Source of the DNA: Acidimicrobiales bacterium
GTDB taxonomy: Bacteria > Actinomycetota > Acidimicrobiia > Acidimicrobiales > SZUA-35
NCBI GenBank assembly: GCA_048550155.1
Contig: JBLYYW010000018.1
Coordinates: 1 to 24,000 of the forward strand
Direction: 5' to 3'
Length of the DNA: 24,000 bases
In this document: one piece after another, positions 23,853-24,000 of the stretch
How positions within the stretch are numbered: position 1 is the first letter of the stretch
Layout: the number at the start of each line of letters is the position of its first letter
Translations under genes and position numbers: made by a program
The notes under the pieces: generated by a model
What the model saw: the letters and a program-made list of their open reading frames with translations, nothing else
The model's database searches: none
Told to the model about the DNA's origin: nothing

Positions 23853-24000
23853 TCACGCTTCACTCCTGATGTAGGTCGATTCGATCTCGTTGATGAGCGT
23901 CACCCGCTTGTGATGACGTCCTCGGCCCCACGGAGTGGCAAGCCACTCTTGCACGATCTGCCATGCCAACCCGGCACCGGTGAGACCGGCACCTAGCGTC
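23853..24000 (-). CDS. rpiB: Partial CDS (C-terminal 48 codons only): RpiB/LacAB-family sugar-phosphate isomerase
   Basis: Absent from the ORF track because it is open at the window edge. Manual translation gives ...[48 protein letters not shown]. From memory this parallels the E. coli RpiB C-terminus GLELAKMIVDAWLGAQYEGGRHQQRVEAITAIE. The stop overlaps the deoC 5' region. Confidence 0.7.
   Translation of the reverse strand, partial: TLGAGLTGAGLAWQIVQEWLATPWGRGRHHKRVTLINEIESTYIRSEA

Overview
GC-rich, actinobacterial-type chromosomal window. Supporting signs are a fused E1/E2-type Kgd, many GTG/TTG starts, 4-nt ATGA/GTGA gene overlaps and leaderless-style -10 boxes. Positions 1-16.9 kb carry mostly unrelated housekeeping or accessory genes. 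These are: a partial NYN(Zc3h12a-like)-S1 RNase, a HAD phosphatase, kgd/sucA, exonuclease III, a CPA2 antiporter fused to tandem USP domains, a PfkB kinase, a secreted protein made of two 99-aa repeats, a UvrD-like helicase with an HRDC domain, a PH-SHOCT membrane protein, an ACT-malic enzyme, a ChaN/Tiki/erythromycin-esterase-like protein and a DUF389 membrane protein. The standout is 17.0-24.0 kb on the minus strand, a tightly packed bacterial microcompartment (metabolosome) locus. Its gene order is rpiB (partial), deoC/DERA with an N-terminal encapsulation-peptide-like helix, a CcmP/CsoS1D-like BMC-T, BMC-H, BMC-P, a CoA-acylating aldehyde dehydrogenase with an encapsulation-peptide-like helix, a PduT-like BMC-T, BMC-P and BMC-P. 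After a 142-nt gap come an L-malyl-CoA/beta-methylmalyl-CoA lyase (Mcl) and a CitE-like paralog. The locus resembles the bioinformatically defined but, to my knowledge, experimentally uncharacterised SPU (sugar-phosphate utilisation) BMC class. No phosphotransacylase or alcohol dehydrogenase is visible in the window. The Mcl/CitE pair sitting where core recycling enzymes usually sit suggests an undescribed acetyl-CoA + glyoxylate -> malate outlet. Other notable items are a repeat- and hairpin-dense 290-nt intergenic region upstream of the helicase, and a G-quadruplex-capable tandem repeat beside a terminator. All functional calls come from motif recognition by eye and recalled homolog sequences; no searches were run.
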